A DNA stretch of 64,000 nt from Hydrolagus affinis (Eukaryota): the NCBI GenBank assembly GCA_012026655.1, contig JAAILG010000560.1, positions 1 through 64,000 of the forward strand, written 5' to 3'. Positions 23,812 through 37,207 of the stretch are shown here, one piece after another. Below the pieces are notes generated by a model. That model was not told the origin of the DNA and made no database searches. It worked only from the letters and a program-made list of their open reading frames with translations. Position 1 is the stretch's first letter. Each line of letters starts with the position of its first letter. A program made the position numbers and the translations under genes.

Positions 23812-26549
23812 CTGCAAAAGGAAAAACAGTAAAAATTCTTCAGTGCAAATGTTGGCTTAAACGCAAGAACTATTTTGGATCAAATTCCCTTCCACCAGCC
23901 AGCGTTAAAAAGGAAACAGTTCGGCACACAATTTACAGTTTTCCTATTTAAGTATGAGTCACTTTGAGTGAACACAAAGGTCAGTTCCATCCTGACCACA
24001 CACACGACAAATATTTCATTCATTCATTCTCCTTTAAGGATGGTATCAGAGGCAAATGTGATGGTTCGTATGAAAAACACTTGTGTTAAAGCTACTGCCG
24101 CTGAAAACACACACAGTCAAAGGTAAAATGTGGAGCCAAAGTTAACCAACAGGTAGGAATTTTAATACTGCAATGGCTTCATCCCACATTTTTAATTGTC
24201 TCGTTAACTTCTTCCTTCATAGTAATGGTAATGAATGACCCATTTCTTTAAAAATGTCATTGCTCTTTCAACACGTTATAATTACAGACTCTTTTAAACT
24301 CATCCTCAACAAATTAGCTCGACAGTTATACCGTACATGGTTTGGGCAACTGCAATTAGTGCCACAGTGATCACAGAGGAGAATGATTTCTCACTTCGGC
24401 GTGGATCAGTGTGTGTTCAGCTTTAACACCGATCCACAAACGATTAAAAGGTTTAACAACAAAGAACTGGGTAGAAACTAAAAGAGATTGTTGAAATCGA
24501 ACACTGCTGGCCTTAGAATGGTTTTTATTTCACATTCTTCCAGTGGCTCTAATTTGCTCTTCGAGAATGAAGAGGGGAAAATTAAGCAGCTATATAAATA
24601 CCCAAATATAGCTATGAATGCCAGCATCTTCAAGATTGTTAACCAAGCGATGTGTCACTGTGATATACTTGGAACATTTCACAGCTAAATTAGTTTAGTT
24701 TGTTTAACAGTTAGCAGTCTCAATGTTTTAAGGAGATGCTAATACAAATAGCTGTACTGTAATCAAAGGTCTTTGGGGAATTTCTGTACTCTGGGCTTTG
24801 GAACACAATCACATCAGACACTATTCAGGCCCTGTGGATCCTCTCCTCCTCCATTACTGCAGGTGCTTCCGAACTGTATCAACATATAAAGTTCCAGATG
24901 AGCAAATGCGCCTCTGATAACTTCACTCTACAACAGTTAGGGGCAAACGACAAATGTTTTACAACATTTTCACCACACACTGCAAGTGCACATTGGCAGG
25001 TAAAGTGATATCCATTGTTGCACATGCTCCGCTCAAACGGGTTAAATGCGTAATTTGTTAGCATTCAGAGATGCTGGCAAAATGCCCCTCATATTCTATC
25101 TCGCTAACATATAGATATTTAAGTTTCCCGAGAAAAATAATTACCATAGCCTTCAGCATCATTCAATGATGTGCAGTTTATTCAGTTAATATCACTCCGT
25201 ATCTGTCTGCAAAATGTCAAGCCAGACAAAAACACAAGCCTACATCTGTTTCCTAACCCACATGAAAGGAAGATAACAGAGAACGATAATGTCTTCAAGC
25301 AAAACTGGTGTGCTTGACATTTCGAGTTGATATTTTACAATTAATTGCATTTTGTTCCCCAAGACAAATGACAACAGCATTAGACCAATGTGGTCTTTGT
25401 TGTATACAGAATTATTATGAGAGGATCCACTAACGAGCCACAGTCCGTTTCAGCTGTTCCACTTCTGTTGTAGCTGCTATAACTTGGCAACTTCCTGCTC
25501 CATCCTTCCTGTTTGCTGAGTCGCTCATTCCCAGAAAGAACCATGACTCCTTACACTCATTGATTCACCTGCCAGTGACTCACAATTCCTGTCTAACGAT
25601 TGGGCTTTGCATGATAAGAGTCCAAAGGAAAAACATTTCAGCTCTGAAAAACATCAACAGGTAGTGCCTTGCTAGAGATTTCACCTCCATTCATTTGATT
25701 GTATTACCACTTCTTGTAAGATGAGAATTGGAGAAAAGAGTTGGGCGTATAATCTATACTGCAGTACTTTTGGAGACGTCCTCCCGACGTGAAAGGCACA
25801 ATATAAAATTGTCTGTATGGATTAGCCTCCCAGAATAAGACAGCAGACACACACTTAAGAAACTTTTTAAGAAATACTACAAATCAGCATTGGATTACAG
25901 TAGTTTTATTTGCAAGATAAATTATTCTTGCCATACATTCCACGTACAATACATGCATACTGCCACAAGGAGGTGTGCAATGCACATTAAAGTAGGCACT
26001 TTTCAGTGACTCTAAAACAAGATTTTAAAACTAAAATGCATCAATGCTAGGTTAAATAAACAAACAGGGAGAAGTTTGATATTACCCAAAATTAAAACCT
26101 GTAGCAACTGGTTAACAGAAACATTTGATTAGGCATCAGTTTACTCTATAAACAGAACGATTGAATAAAGCGGCTTAGCTTCATATCAGAATGTTCACTT
26201 AAAGAAGCCATTAATAATAATAATAATAATAATATAATAATAGTCTTTGCAATTAACCGCTCACATCAGGAGCATGTCTCAAGTGAAAAGTCAAAATAAA
26301 ACTGCACAAAATAAAATTTAAAAACGACACCGGGTAATTTTATTTTGAGAGGACAGGGCATGATAGAGAACTCATTCATCCAGCCACTAGGCTAATTCCA
26401 TTGATTAAAGGGCATCCTTTACTTGATTTACTTGAGGTCTATTTTGACAATGGAGCAGAGGATTCTGAAGGACAATCTTCTTGAGTTCTCAACAATCCTA
26501 CAATCAAATCACCAAATTTTGTACGCAGCAAAGTCTTGACACATGCTCC

Positions 26550-26730
26550 AGAATGAGAAATCGTTCCTTTCAAACTGGAGTAAAAGCACTTGAGAATGTA
26601 TTTGAGGAAACACCACACCCAGACGGTGATGAACATCTGGAACACGCTCCCGCCTGACACTGTTTGTGCATATAGCAGTTCAACAAAAAAAATCTGGCCA
26701 GATTTCTGAAGGAAGAGAGGATAAGCAACT
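26550..26730 (+). mobile_element. Degenerate CR1-type ORF2 C-terminal fragment
   Basis: Reads ...TQTVMNIWNTLPPDTV... and ...NLARFLKEERI, resembling the CR1 end RVVNLWNSLP...LDRFL. Confidence 0.55.
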
Positions 26731-28417
26731 GGAAACGGGAGACCGAATCCTCCTTGTGAAGTTCACTGTGGTAACACAGGGCAAAGAGGGAATATTTACA
26801 AGCAATGATCTTGTGTTGGTGGTGCTCACTCCTCTCCTAGAGCTAGTTGAGGAATCTCAGGAGACATGGCAGGGCTTTCAGGAAAGCTGAAAAAAAATTC
26901 AAGAGGGAGGACCGTTTGATTTACAGGGTTTTATTGTGAGATAGGTACAGTATACAGTGGGGTTCTCTCCTTTCCATCTAGGTATCAGCACAGAGGTATA
27001 GGAAACATACATCTCCCTCATAAACTATAACGGACATTATCTGTCCCCATAAATAATTCACCAGGGATTGATGTCGCAACTGGAAATCAGCAATAATGTG
27101 AATGTTTAGGTACATGTGATGCACTGGCTAGTCAATGCACAGGAAACAAAACATGTTTACTGATGGAGAATGTGTTTTCTGAGTTCTTTATGAACCCAGC
27201 CAATTTCGGTTGCTGAACCTAATTTCAAGAGATCCATAAATCCTCCCTAACAAGCTGGAGAAATAGAGATAGGCAGAAACGACTTCCTATTGGCAATCCT
27301 GTAAATATTTGTATAGCTATCCTCTAACCACAAGAAAGAAAACCACTGTGTATTGCAAGCTTCTAAATACATATGGTTTTAATCTCCGATTACTGACTTT
27401 TTTAAAAAAAATTAAAGAACATGATTATTCATGATTATTAGTGCAAGTGGCTGGTGACACCATCAGCTATTGAACAACCCACAGCCTTCACAGATTGCTT
27501 GCCAAGAAATCCACACGCTAGAGAAAAAAAAACACAACTCTGATCTTCAAAGTAAATGATAGAAGCACTGCTTTGGGCCAACTTTTACTCTACAATTATG
27601 GTACACAGCTATTACAGCAAACCCATCCCCACTGGCTCTGCGGTGGTAACTGCCTCATCTGAATTTCCAGAGGTCACATTCAACACATCTCTGCAGTCAG
27701 CTGTCTGTATAGCTGGGTATTTGGATAGTTCCTATAACAGACACTCCACAGACAGCTGTCTGTTGAATCAAGACGAATATGATCTCTAGACATTCGGAAG
27801 ATGCAGAGTTTTGGCGAGATGGGGGAAGGAGAATTACTGTAATAACTGTGCTGGAGTCAGCAAATGCCACAAGTATGAAGAGGGGAATTTCAGTCAACAT
27901 TGCAGCTGCACTTTGAGTTTACTTCTTTCAGAAATGTATCTTTTGTTCAGGGATAATATAAATAAAATATCCACAACTGGTCCACCAACGATTCATAACT
28001 GATAAGGTCATAGCACAAAACATGTATTTCTTTCCCAATTCAGGCTTCGTTCCTTGGTAAATCAGATCATTTTTACTGTCAGACCATATCCTCAGGTGAC
28101 AGGTAACGTGTCATTTTGTCACATCCTGGGGAGTTAAATCTTAAGTTGCCCCAAAGGGAATTGAAAAAGACCAGTTGATAGGAAAAAGAAACACATTAAA
28201 GCAAATGGCTACTCTGAGGGGATTCTTTCTGTAGACTGGAGGATGCTACCAACATTTTGCTGCAGTGTTGAAAATTGTGAAAAGTTTATGATGGGATAAA
28301 GAGTTGACAAAAAAATAGTTACCCCACCCCAAAATGGAAAAAAAAAACTATGCCCCAATGTAGAATAAAGGATAGTCTTTGTAAAAGGAGCTGACAAAAT
28401 GAAGGAATGCATTGAAA

Positions 28418-28733
28418 AATAATAATAATCATCCTTGCATTTGATATAGCGCTTTTCATGTCTTCTAGATGTCTCAAAGCACTTCACAGAATATACTGTA
28501 AAGTGAATTAACTGTATATTTGTGGGCGAAACATGGCAGCCAATTGTGCACAGCAGTGTCCCACAAACAGTCAAGGATTGAAATGACCAATTTAATATTG
28601 TTGTTTTTTCTTGAGGGATTATTATCAGGCAAGTGGAGTAAGGAAACTTGCCCAAGGTTTCACCCTGCCGGAAATCAAACCCAGGTCTCTCGCTTGTAAG
28701 GTGAGTGCTCTAACCACTGAGCTACAGGATTCC
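28418..28733 (-). mobile_element. Full-length tRNA-derived SINE
   Basis: Complete tail, core and head (gctctaaccactgagctacaggattcc). Confidence 0.92.
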
Positions 28734-28909
28734 ATGGGATATCTCATTAGTCCAAGTTGTGACCCCCTCCTATATCCGGTATGCACTGGATTTGCAGACT
28801 ACGCGAAAGTTGTTACGTTTGCTGTAAAACCAAATTAAAGACAAGTTCATTTGAAGGGACAGGATATCCTGAAACTCCTCAGCCAATGCCATTGTAGGTA
28901 GGCGATCGC

Positions 28910-29015
28910 CATAAAGACTGCAGCATTTTAAAAAGGCCCAACGCCACCACCTTCACAAGGCGACTTAGGACAGACAATAAATGCTGTCTCTGCCAATGAT
29001 GCCCACACCTTGAGA
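28910..29015 (+). mobile_element. LINE 3' end fragment (possibly RTE-X-like)
   Basis: gactgcagca...caccaccttc...aggcgacttagga...caataaatgctg...gatgcccaca resembles a shark LINE 3' end as recalled. Confidence 0.4.
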
Positions 29016-30216
29016 TTCAGGGTTCGCCCAATGAACTATCAACCTGCAACCTTTGGTCCTCGAGGTAGAGCAACGTACATTTATATAATGCCCTTCACAC
29101 AGGATAGCACCGCGGAGCACTTAAAGAGCTACACGAGTGGGAGAGGGTGGCTGCTACAACTTTTAAAGTGAGACCAATTTGTGTTTTATTTATTAGTGAA
29201 TACAATTTTTTCTCTGTAGCAACTGGTCAAGCCATTGCTTTCTCAAACGTCTTTCAAAGCCAGGTTCATTAATCATGTCAAACTGGTGGAAACACATCTG
29301 AAAATATCTAATCCATTCCCGTTGGTGGTCCAGCCTCACATAAAGCATCATTTGTTCCATCCAACTGAGGCAGAACTATCAATCATTATCAAAACCACTC
29401 AACATAAATGTTTTATTCAGCACATTTAACTGACTGTCCACTGCTGAATGATGGAAAGAATTCTCCGGGACAGCATGCAATTACATAAAAAATAAACACC
29501 TCATTTATATATGATGAGAACAAGTAGGAGGTATTTCATAAACCAAATATGAGAAAGGTTGTCGTACCTAAACAATCCAAAACCACAGGATTTTACTTCA
29601 GTTCAGCACAGGTATGATGTCTTGTGAACAGCAAATTGAACCCGCTTTAAAGTTACAGGACCACAAATCCAAATGAAATCTCTATAGATTGAGCTTAAAT
29701 AGCCTATTTGTTTATTCAACTTGTCAGAAGACTTAAAAGCCTGAGACAGTATAATTAAGTGGTTTACTGGGAATAGGGAAATGTTGGCACATCTTGCTAC
29801 CAAGAACCTTCATTTTGGTTAAGAGAAGCCTGCTATTTTATGCAGTGTTCTGTGTAATTAGTACCTAGTGAGGGAGTGTTCAAGTACTTAATTCATTCTG
29901 CTGAATATTATTCAAAATAACAAACTGCACCACAGAAATACAAATGTACTTTGTGATAAATGCAGCAGGGAATCTACTCCACTGAACCTTGGGTCTGTGT
30001 AACAGTTAACCTTTGCTCCAGGCTAGACCAAAAGCAAAACACTGTCTGTGACTTTGCTGCCTGACATTTCACTCCCAGGCAGTGATTATTATTATTATTT
30101 ATTCTCATTCCCAGGGAAGAAAGTCTGACAAGTACTGACAAAAGGTCAGAAAGTAAAATACTAGCTGGAAGTTCTCGTTGCAAAATCTTTTAGCAAATTT
30201 CATTCACAAATCAGTT

Positions 30217-30527
30217 CGGGCCTTCAGTTTCTCTGCTCCCACCCTATGGAACTCTANNNNNNNNNNNNNNNNNNNNNNNNNNNNNNNNNNNNNNNNNNNN
30301 NNNNNNNNNNNNNNNNNNNNNNNNNNNNNNNNNNNNNNNNNNNNNNNNNNNNNNNNCGACCATGCCTTTTGTTCCACCCCGAATTTTTCAACCTCCCCTT
30401 CGTGTTTCACCCCCGCCCAAACACTCCCCTCCCAGCTCGGGTCACACTCCCCCTGTGCAGCGCCTTGGGACGTCCTCCCGACGTGAAAGGCGCTCTATAA
30501 ATGTAATTTGTTGTTGTTGTTGTTGTT
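30217..30527 (+). mobile_element. Young L2 3' end with (TTG)n tail, spanning the gap
   Basis: Nearly identical to 35618-35888 on both sides of the N run. Confidence 0.9.
30257..30356. other. Assembly gap (100 N)
   Basis: Run of exactly 100 n. Confidence 1.
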
Positions 30528-30886
30528 ATTTTAGATCCCAATATGTAGTTTACAATTAGGCTGCAATATGAAGCATTGATGGGAGTGTTCTGTATTATAT
30601 AGGTGGATATTTCCTTGTCTGTTCGAAACAATGAAAGATGACATGTGAATACAAAAAGGCTGTCTAATTCACTATAAAAGTCCTCATAATAGACTGAACA
30701 CAACACAAACTCAATCTCTTCTGCACAAAAGAGATTTTGGATGAAAAGCTTCTTCGGCCTTTGAAACTCTTTCTTACAAAATCCTGCTGTTTTCCCATTG
30801 CAGTATTCACCCACTCTTGGTCCCAACCACACTCTCGGGTAACTCATTCCAACTAGTAAAGAAATACATAGAATAGTTTTTGTATG

Positions 30887-31050
30887 AATAATAATAATGA
30901 TCCTTACATTTGCTGTGCTCAATTGGCTGCCGTGTTTGGCCCACAAAATATAATGTCAATTCAGTTTGAGGTATATTCTGTAAGGATCATTATTATGTTT
31001 GATATAGCACCCTCGTGTGAGAGGGGTGTCTCAGAGTGTTTCACAGTACA
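30887..31050. mobile_element. Nested opposite-orientation SINE tail fragments
   Basis: A minus-strand tail is split by a plus-strand fragment at about 30912-30994. Confidence 0.6.
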
Positions 31051-31454
31051 GTGTCTGTGTTTTTTTTTAAAATGGAGCAACATCCTGTTGTTGGCCCAAA
31101 AGCAAGATCAAAAATTAGTAAAGCAAGCCACATTCACTTGCCCAATGGGAGCTCAAATCAGCTACAAAGTCACTGGGAGGGAACAGCTCACAAGAGAAAT
31201 AAGGGCATTAACTTCCTTTCAATAATTCACATTGTTAGGAATCAATTGTCTTCATACAGGACAACAGTTACTTCCTTGGAAATCAGAGGTGGGATTTCCT
31301 GTACTGCTAGTGGCAGTGACTTTAGCTTGAAGAATGCCCAGATGCAAAATGTAGTGGCATTCTGGAGTCCTGAAAATTAATTTTGTTGGGGAGAAAAAAC
31401 GTATCATCTTGAGATGGCTAAAGTAAACATGATACTGTATCTTATACTGAACCA

Positions 31455-31745
31455 GAGTAGAACCAGAGGATACATCTATGACTGATGGGGGCTAAATTCA
31501 AAACAAATCAACTGAAAGACTGCTTCAGTGAGAGAGCAGTAAACTTATGGAATAGGCTCCCGAGATAGACAGTGGAAGCAGAAAATGTAATTTGTTTCAG
31601 GAACCAATTAGATAGATTTCTGCTAGAAAATAATATAGTATATAGTTGAGGACATGACATGTCAAGCGACTGCCAGGATGGTGAAAGGGGAACTAGATGG
31701 ACCCTCTGGTCTTCCTTCGCCCGACAAATTCTTATGCATTCTTGT
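31455..31745 (+). mobile_element. CR1-type LINE 3' end
   Basis: Translates to FSERAVNLWNRLP...NQLDRFLL. The 3' UTR contains gaactagatggacc. Confidence 0.75.
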
Positions 31746-32842
31746 GTATTAACAACAAAACAACAACAAAATTACGTTTGTAAAGCACCTTTCATAAAGC
31801 ACAAACTCTAACAACAATTCTCCCTTCAAAGCACTGAATCCATAAGATACAGCAGATAAATGATCATTTTGGGCAGGCAAATAAAATGGGATAATGTAAT
31901 TTATGCAAAGAGGCTTTGGGGTTGTTCGAATTACAGCATCGTGTTCAGATACAATACATTTGGAGTTGTTATACCTGCAAAACTGCATTTACTCCATTGG
32001 TAAAACCCTGATCTTCTGTTAGCATATATACCTGCATTGGTGGTCAATTGCCTGGAACCCTCTTCTCTTATCAATATTGTTAAACATCTCCTTAATCTCA
32101 ATGGGAGGTCGTTTTAGTCAAATCAAGACCAAGTGATTCCACATTAAAGATTCTCAGTTGAAACAGAGGACGCTTTACCTTGGGGAGAAAAAAAAAGTTA
32201 TTTCCATTCATCCCATTTGACTCAGAATTTCCTTCTGGCCACAAGTGGCAGAGGACTGATTGTGACTCTCACTGTCCCATCTCCGAGGATGCTGTGTGGC
32301 AACACTCCATCTCAGGAATTTATACAGCATCATTAAATATGACAAACAAAGATCATCCAGTTTATGATCATCTGAACCTAGACCGGATTTTAATTCATTT
32401 GCAGCCTCCTTGAATAAAAAAAAACTTGCTGTGTGCTGTTGCCTTTGAGCACAGTGAGTGGTACAGTATTTGGTTATTAACTAAAGATGATTTCTTATCA
32501 AGGAGAAGGCTGATTCTGGGTGCCTGGAAGAGTGAGCGCTAAATCCAGTCAGCAGTGATTAAAGATGAAGAATTTTTTTAATATATAGAACAAAAATATT
32601 CAAATGGAACAAGTGATTTGAAGCCCTGAACAGCTGGAGAGATGTTGCTTTCTGGAATTGGGTTATTGGTTACTTTTGCTGCAGTGATTTTGCTGGCAGC
32701 ACGCAAGGAATTGTCACAATACGTGAGTAAATGTTACACATGGAAGATCAGGTAATAACATCAGACCTCATCAGTAACATCATCACTTGTGTTGTGCCAC
32801 TAGTATTCTGGTATATCACTGGACTACAGTTGCAGCATACAT

Positions 32843-33150
32843 TGCAACAACAAATTGCATTTATATAGCGCCTTTTGCATTGGGAGGATGTCCCAAGGGA
32901 CAATGAAGGGTCTGTACCTGAGCTAAGAGTTGGAGTCAAGAGGAGTGGAGGGCAATTGGCTGGAGATTAGAGGATGACCAAAAGTACTGTCAGACAGCAA
33001 GGTTTTGAAATGGGCTTTGAAGAAAGCAAAGGTGCTAGGCAAAGGAGGGGTCAAGGTGGAGGGGCTCTTGGTTGGAGTTCCAGAGAGTGAGGGTAGAAAA
33101 GCTGACTGCCTGACTGCCAATAGTGCAGCAGGTAGGGCAGGAAACATGGA
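32843..33150 (-). mobile_element. L2 LINE 3' end
   Basis: caacaacaaattgcatttatatagcgcctt tail; the minus strand reads FFKAHFKTLL. Confidence 0.8.
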
Positions 33151-34239
33151 GCAAACAGGTCCATCATGCTTTCAGTCCATCATTGCCATCATGAAATCCG
33201 TCCAACATTTCTGGCAGATACATGTTTAAATGCCAGAAATGTTGGAGATAAATGGAGATAAAATCATCAAACACTGTATTGTTTCTCTTAAAAGTCTGCC
33301 AGTTGCAAGCATTGGACTGAAAAGCAAGCTTGTTTAAGTGGTAGAAAATGTCAAAGCTGCAAAGGCTTTGGCAGCGATCAAAAAGAAGTACTGAATTCAG
33401 ACTCGCTGGCCACTGGCTTTGCAAAATAAACTTTCATAAACACATATTCCTCCCATAAAAGGAGAACTCTGTTATAATAAATCTCCCCAGGGTGCCTTGT
33501 AAAACCTACAGTAAGGATTTAGTTCTGCACCTGCTTAGTTAAGCTCACATGTTATATAAATATTGAGAGTGCTTTATAAGACTCCCAATATGTTTTTGGG
33601 GGGGAACAAAACTCACAAGTCCATTGCTACATTTGAAGTCATAATACTACAGTGGAACATATGAAGCTATTCTGAACGCCACATTATTTTGGCCTGACTT
33701 GAAACATTTTGAAGATTAATGCACACTTTTATAAAACACATCATAGAGTAAGTAAGATATTTAATAGATAGCTGAGAGTTCCCAGGAGATTGCTGGTTCA
33801 TTCACCCCCAAAATCAATAAGTTTTTTTCGGCGAGAGAGACTGCATTAGAACCGATTCACAGGGAGGTTCAGATCCATAACATGGACAAGGCTATTCTTT
33901 GACATTAGCAATTTGAGTGTTCAAATATTCATATTCCTCGTACTTCAAATAGAAATTTGGGTTTCAAGTAAAACCACACAAAAAAAAACAATCCACAGGA
34001 AACAGCTCCCTGTGAACATTTCCCGATTACTATCAAAAACTAAACAGACTAAAAAAGTATGGCACTGTTACGAACATGACACTATTTTGTTAGATTATAA
34101 ATAAATGCCATCTGTTTCAATGTTGGGTATTATTTTAGTGAGTCCTCACTGAAAACAAAACCTCCATGTACAGTCAACCTACTCCCACCGAGCTGTGGTT
34201 CCTATTTCTGTGAACTTTGACAAAAGGTAGGACCACATA

Positions 34240-34660
34240 TAATAATAATCCTTAGGAGGATGTGCCAAAGCAGCCTACAGGATATATTGTGAAGCATTAT
34301 ATCAAATACAAAGATTCCGGTATTATTATATTACATTAGTGATTGTGTATTTTGACAGCCAATTTGCATACAGCGATAGTCCATGAAATAAGTAACCAGT
34401 TTTATTTGGGGAATTGATTGTCGGTCAGGACACTGAGAGAAACTCCATTCTCTTTCAGTCCAGTGCTCTTCAATAATCATGAATGTCCACTTGAAAAGAT
34501 AGGTTTAACCTTGGTTTAAAATCTAATCTTTAGGACAACACCCCCACATCTTAATATGTGTCAGTTTAGCTAATATGAGTTCAATGTCCTGATCATAGGG
34601 CTTGAATCCACTACCTTCTAATTCAGCCCAAGAGTGCTACCCACTGAGCCAGCTAATAGC
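34240..34660 (-). mobile_element. Old Deu-domain SINE (SacSINE1-like), degenerate
   Basis: ggtcaggacactgagagaaactcc, ccttggtttaa, gggcttgaatccac and gagtgctacccactgagcca, collinear with 43583-43990. Confidence 0.6.
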
Positions 34661-35362
34661 TACACTTGTCCTATGCAAACATGAAGCTGAATTTGACTTT
34701 TTCTGTGGTATTCAGGATCCTAATCACCCCTCACCTCTATTTTCTCCCAAAAGACTGGCCAACATCATGAATTATCCCTGCGGGGCTCTCTACTATGCCA
34801 TCAGACCACCCCCTTCTGCCTTTTACCTTGATGAATAAATGACAGGTCATCATGCAGCCACTTGGCTCCATTAAATTACTCTGAAAAGTGAGACCTTACA
34901 GTCTGGAGGGAGAATAACTGGAAATAAATAAGGGCAAAAGTCAGTGTCAAGGTTACAAAGAACTGATGTTATCTCAAACACCTGCTCTATTAAAAGCCGA
35001 CTTTCAAACACGGTTTTAAATTTCATTGGGTTTAAGTAATTGTGAAGCGTTCAGCAGATAGCTCATATTCTGGTCACATTGTTTACAATAAGCATCCAAA
35101 AAGCCATCTGGACCACATTGCAGTCAAGTCGTTCTCAGACAGCCAGCTCTATTAAACGATGAAAGGAAAGTGGATTAACACTCAGAATACATTACACTAT
35201 CAGCTAACATAATTTAACACTTTAGTGCTTCACACTTGGAGCACCTTAGACAACAAAATGTAATTATTTTTGTCTTGGAATTCCTTTCTTTGAGCTATTT
35301 TCTTCTTGTTTTCTTCCCTCTTCTCACTGGGGTGACAGTTACTGCCTGTCCTGGCACGACTA

Positions 35363-36056
35363 TATAATAAAATATAATCATTCTTGCATTTGATATACGC
35401 TTTTTACATCTTCTGGATGTCTCAAAGCGCTTCACAGGATATACTGTAAAGTGAATTGATTGTATGCTTGTGGGTGAAACACAGCAGCCAATTACACGGC
35501 CTTGCCCCGCCCTATTTAACCACTCTACTCTCCCCCTACAAGCCCACCCGGACCCTCCGTTCAGCAGGACTCGGCCTGCTCCAAGCCCCCCGCCCGAACC
35601 GCCCCACCATCGGAGGCCGGGCCTTCAGTTTCTCCGCTCCCACTCTATGGAATTCCATCCCCCAATCCCTTCGTCTCGTTTCTTCCCTTTCCTCTTTCAA
35701 GGCCAGTTTGAAGACTTTCCTCTTCGACTGTGCCTTTTGTTCCACCCCGAATTCTTCGACCTTCCCTTCGTGTTTCACCCCCGCCCAAACACTCCCCTCC
35801 CAGCTCGGGTCACATGCCCCCTGTGCAGCGCCTTGGGACGTCCTCCCGATGTGAAAGGCGCTCTATAAATGTAATTTGTTGTTGTTGTCCCACAAACAGT
35901 AGTGGATTGAAATGACCAATTTATTTTTGGAGGGATTATTATTAAGCGTGTGGAGTAAGCAAACTTGCCCAAGGTTTTGCCCTGACCTGCCTGGATTCGA
36001 ACACAGGTCTCAACGCTTGTAAGGCAAATGCTCTTACCACTGAACTACAAGACTCC
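35363..36056 (-). mobile_element. Full-length tRNA-derived SINE interrupted by an L2 insertion
   Basis: The tail half (35363-35494) and head half (35889-36056) rejoin into one family copy. Confidence 0.88.
35495..35888 (+). mobile_element. Young 5'-truncated L2 with (TTG)n tail
   Basis: Open frame HGLAPPYLTTLLSPYKPTRTLRS...APTLWNSIPQSLR...FKASLKTFLF, CpG-rich, intact 3' stem-loop. Confidence 0.93.
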
Positions 36057-36829
36057 AATTATGCAGTAATTAGGAATATTTACCTATGTTAGTGAGAAAG
36101 CATGAGCACCAGGCAAGTTCAAAACCAGGACAAGTAATTTGGGGTTAAACAATTAACCCAGCCATGGGTTAGTGGTCTGAGGAACTGTGCAACTGAGTAA
36201 CTGGGAACCAGGCTAACATCATAATTCACCTAGTTCGTGAACCAGCCTTGAAAATGTTCATGCACTACAAGGGAGAAGATCAAGCAATGAATTAGTAGAA
36301 TACAAAGTCAAACTTGAACATATCAGCAATCCTCCCATTCAGCCAGGATATGTAACTGTAAGCCTGCTTCATATCCACTGTCCGTCCATCAGTAGATGAG
36401 CTTTCTGCCTCTATTCTCTGCAAGTTCATTCTTGGGTCCATGTGTCTCGTTTCTCACTCCCTCAAGTTCAAGTCTGCTTTAACTTGTTTCTTTTCATATC
36501 ACCTTCCATCCCCTCCATCATCTCTCCCATCCCCAGCATGGGACCTAATCATCTCTGTACAGGAAATCCTCTGATGTGAAAGGCCCTATAGAAATGTAAT
36601 ACTGCTATTATGTTGTAAGTGTTAAGTGTCGTTACATAAAGTGACAACAATTTGGCCAAATGTCATATATACATAAGAGATTCTATCCTGCGTAGAGGAT
36701 GCCATATAAAGACCAATTGTTTTACTCGTTTAAGTTAGGATTGACAAGTTTACACTAAGGAGCATTTCTACATATCTGAAAAATATCTAGTTAGCTGAAA
36801 AATATGGGTTTGTTCAACTTGCAACATGA

Positions 36830-37165
36830 AAATGAAAACTCTGGACACCTGGAGGTTGGAAGAAATGTTTGTCAGACAGAGTTGTTAGAACACAAAATTC
36901 ATTGCCACAAATAGCTATTGAGTTTTGATACCATAACAGTATTTAAAAGGGAATTGTAGAAACAATTCAACAGGAGCAATGGAGGAACTGATGCCAGCAA
37001 AATAATAATAATCCTTGCATTTGATATAGCACTTTATCACGTCTTTGAGATGTCTCAAAGCGCTTCTTAGAAAACACTGTAAAGTGAATTGGCTGTATAT
37101 TTTGTGGAAGTTTGATGGACTAAATAACCTCCTTAGCTGTCATTTATCTCATTGTAAGATTCCAT
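36830..37165 (+). mobile_element. Degenerate CR1 3' end interrupted by a SINE tail (about 37002-37107, minus)
   Basis: agaaatgtttgtcagacagagttgttagaa...tttaaaagggaattg before the SINE tail and tttgatggactaaataacctcctt after it. Confidence 0.55.
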
Positions 37166-37207
37166 AAAAGGAAAGGACAACAGCCCCAGGAATGAGCTTC
37201 TGATTTC

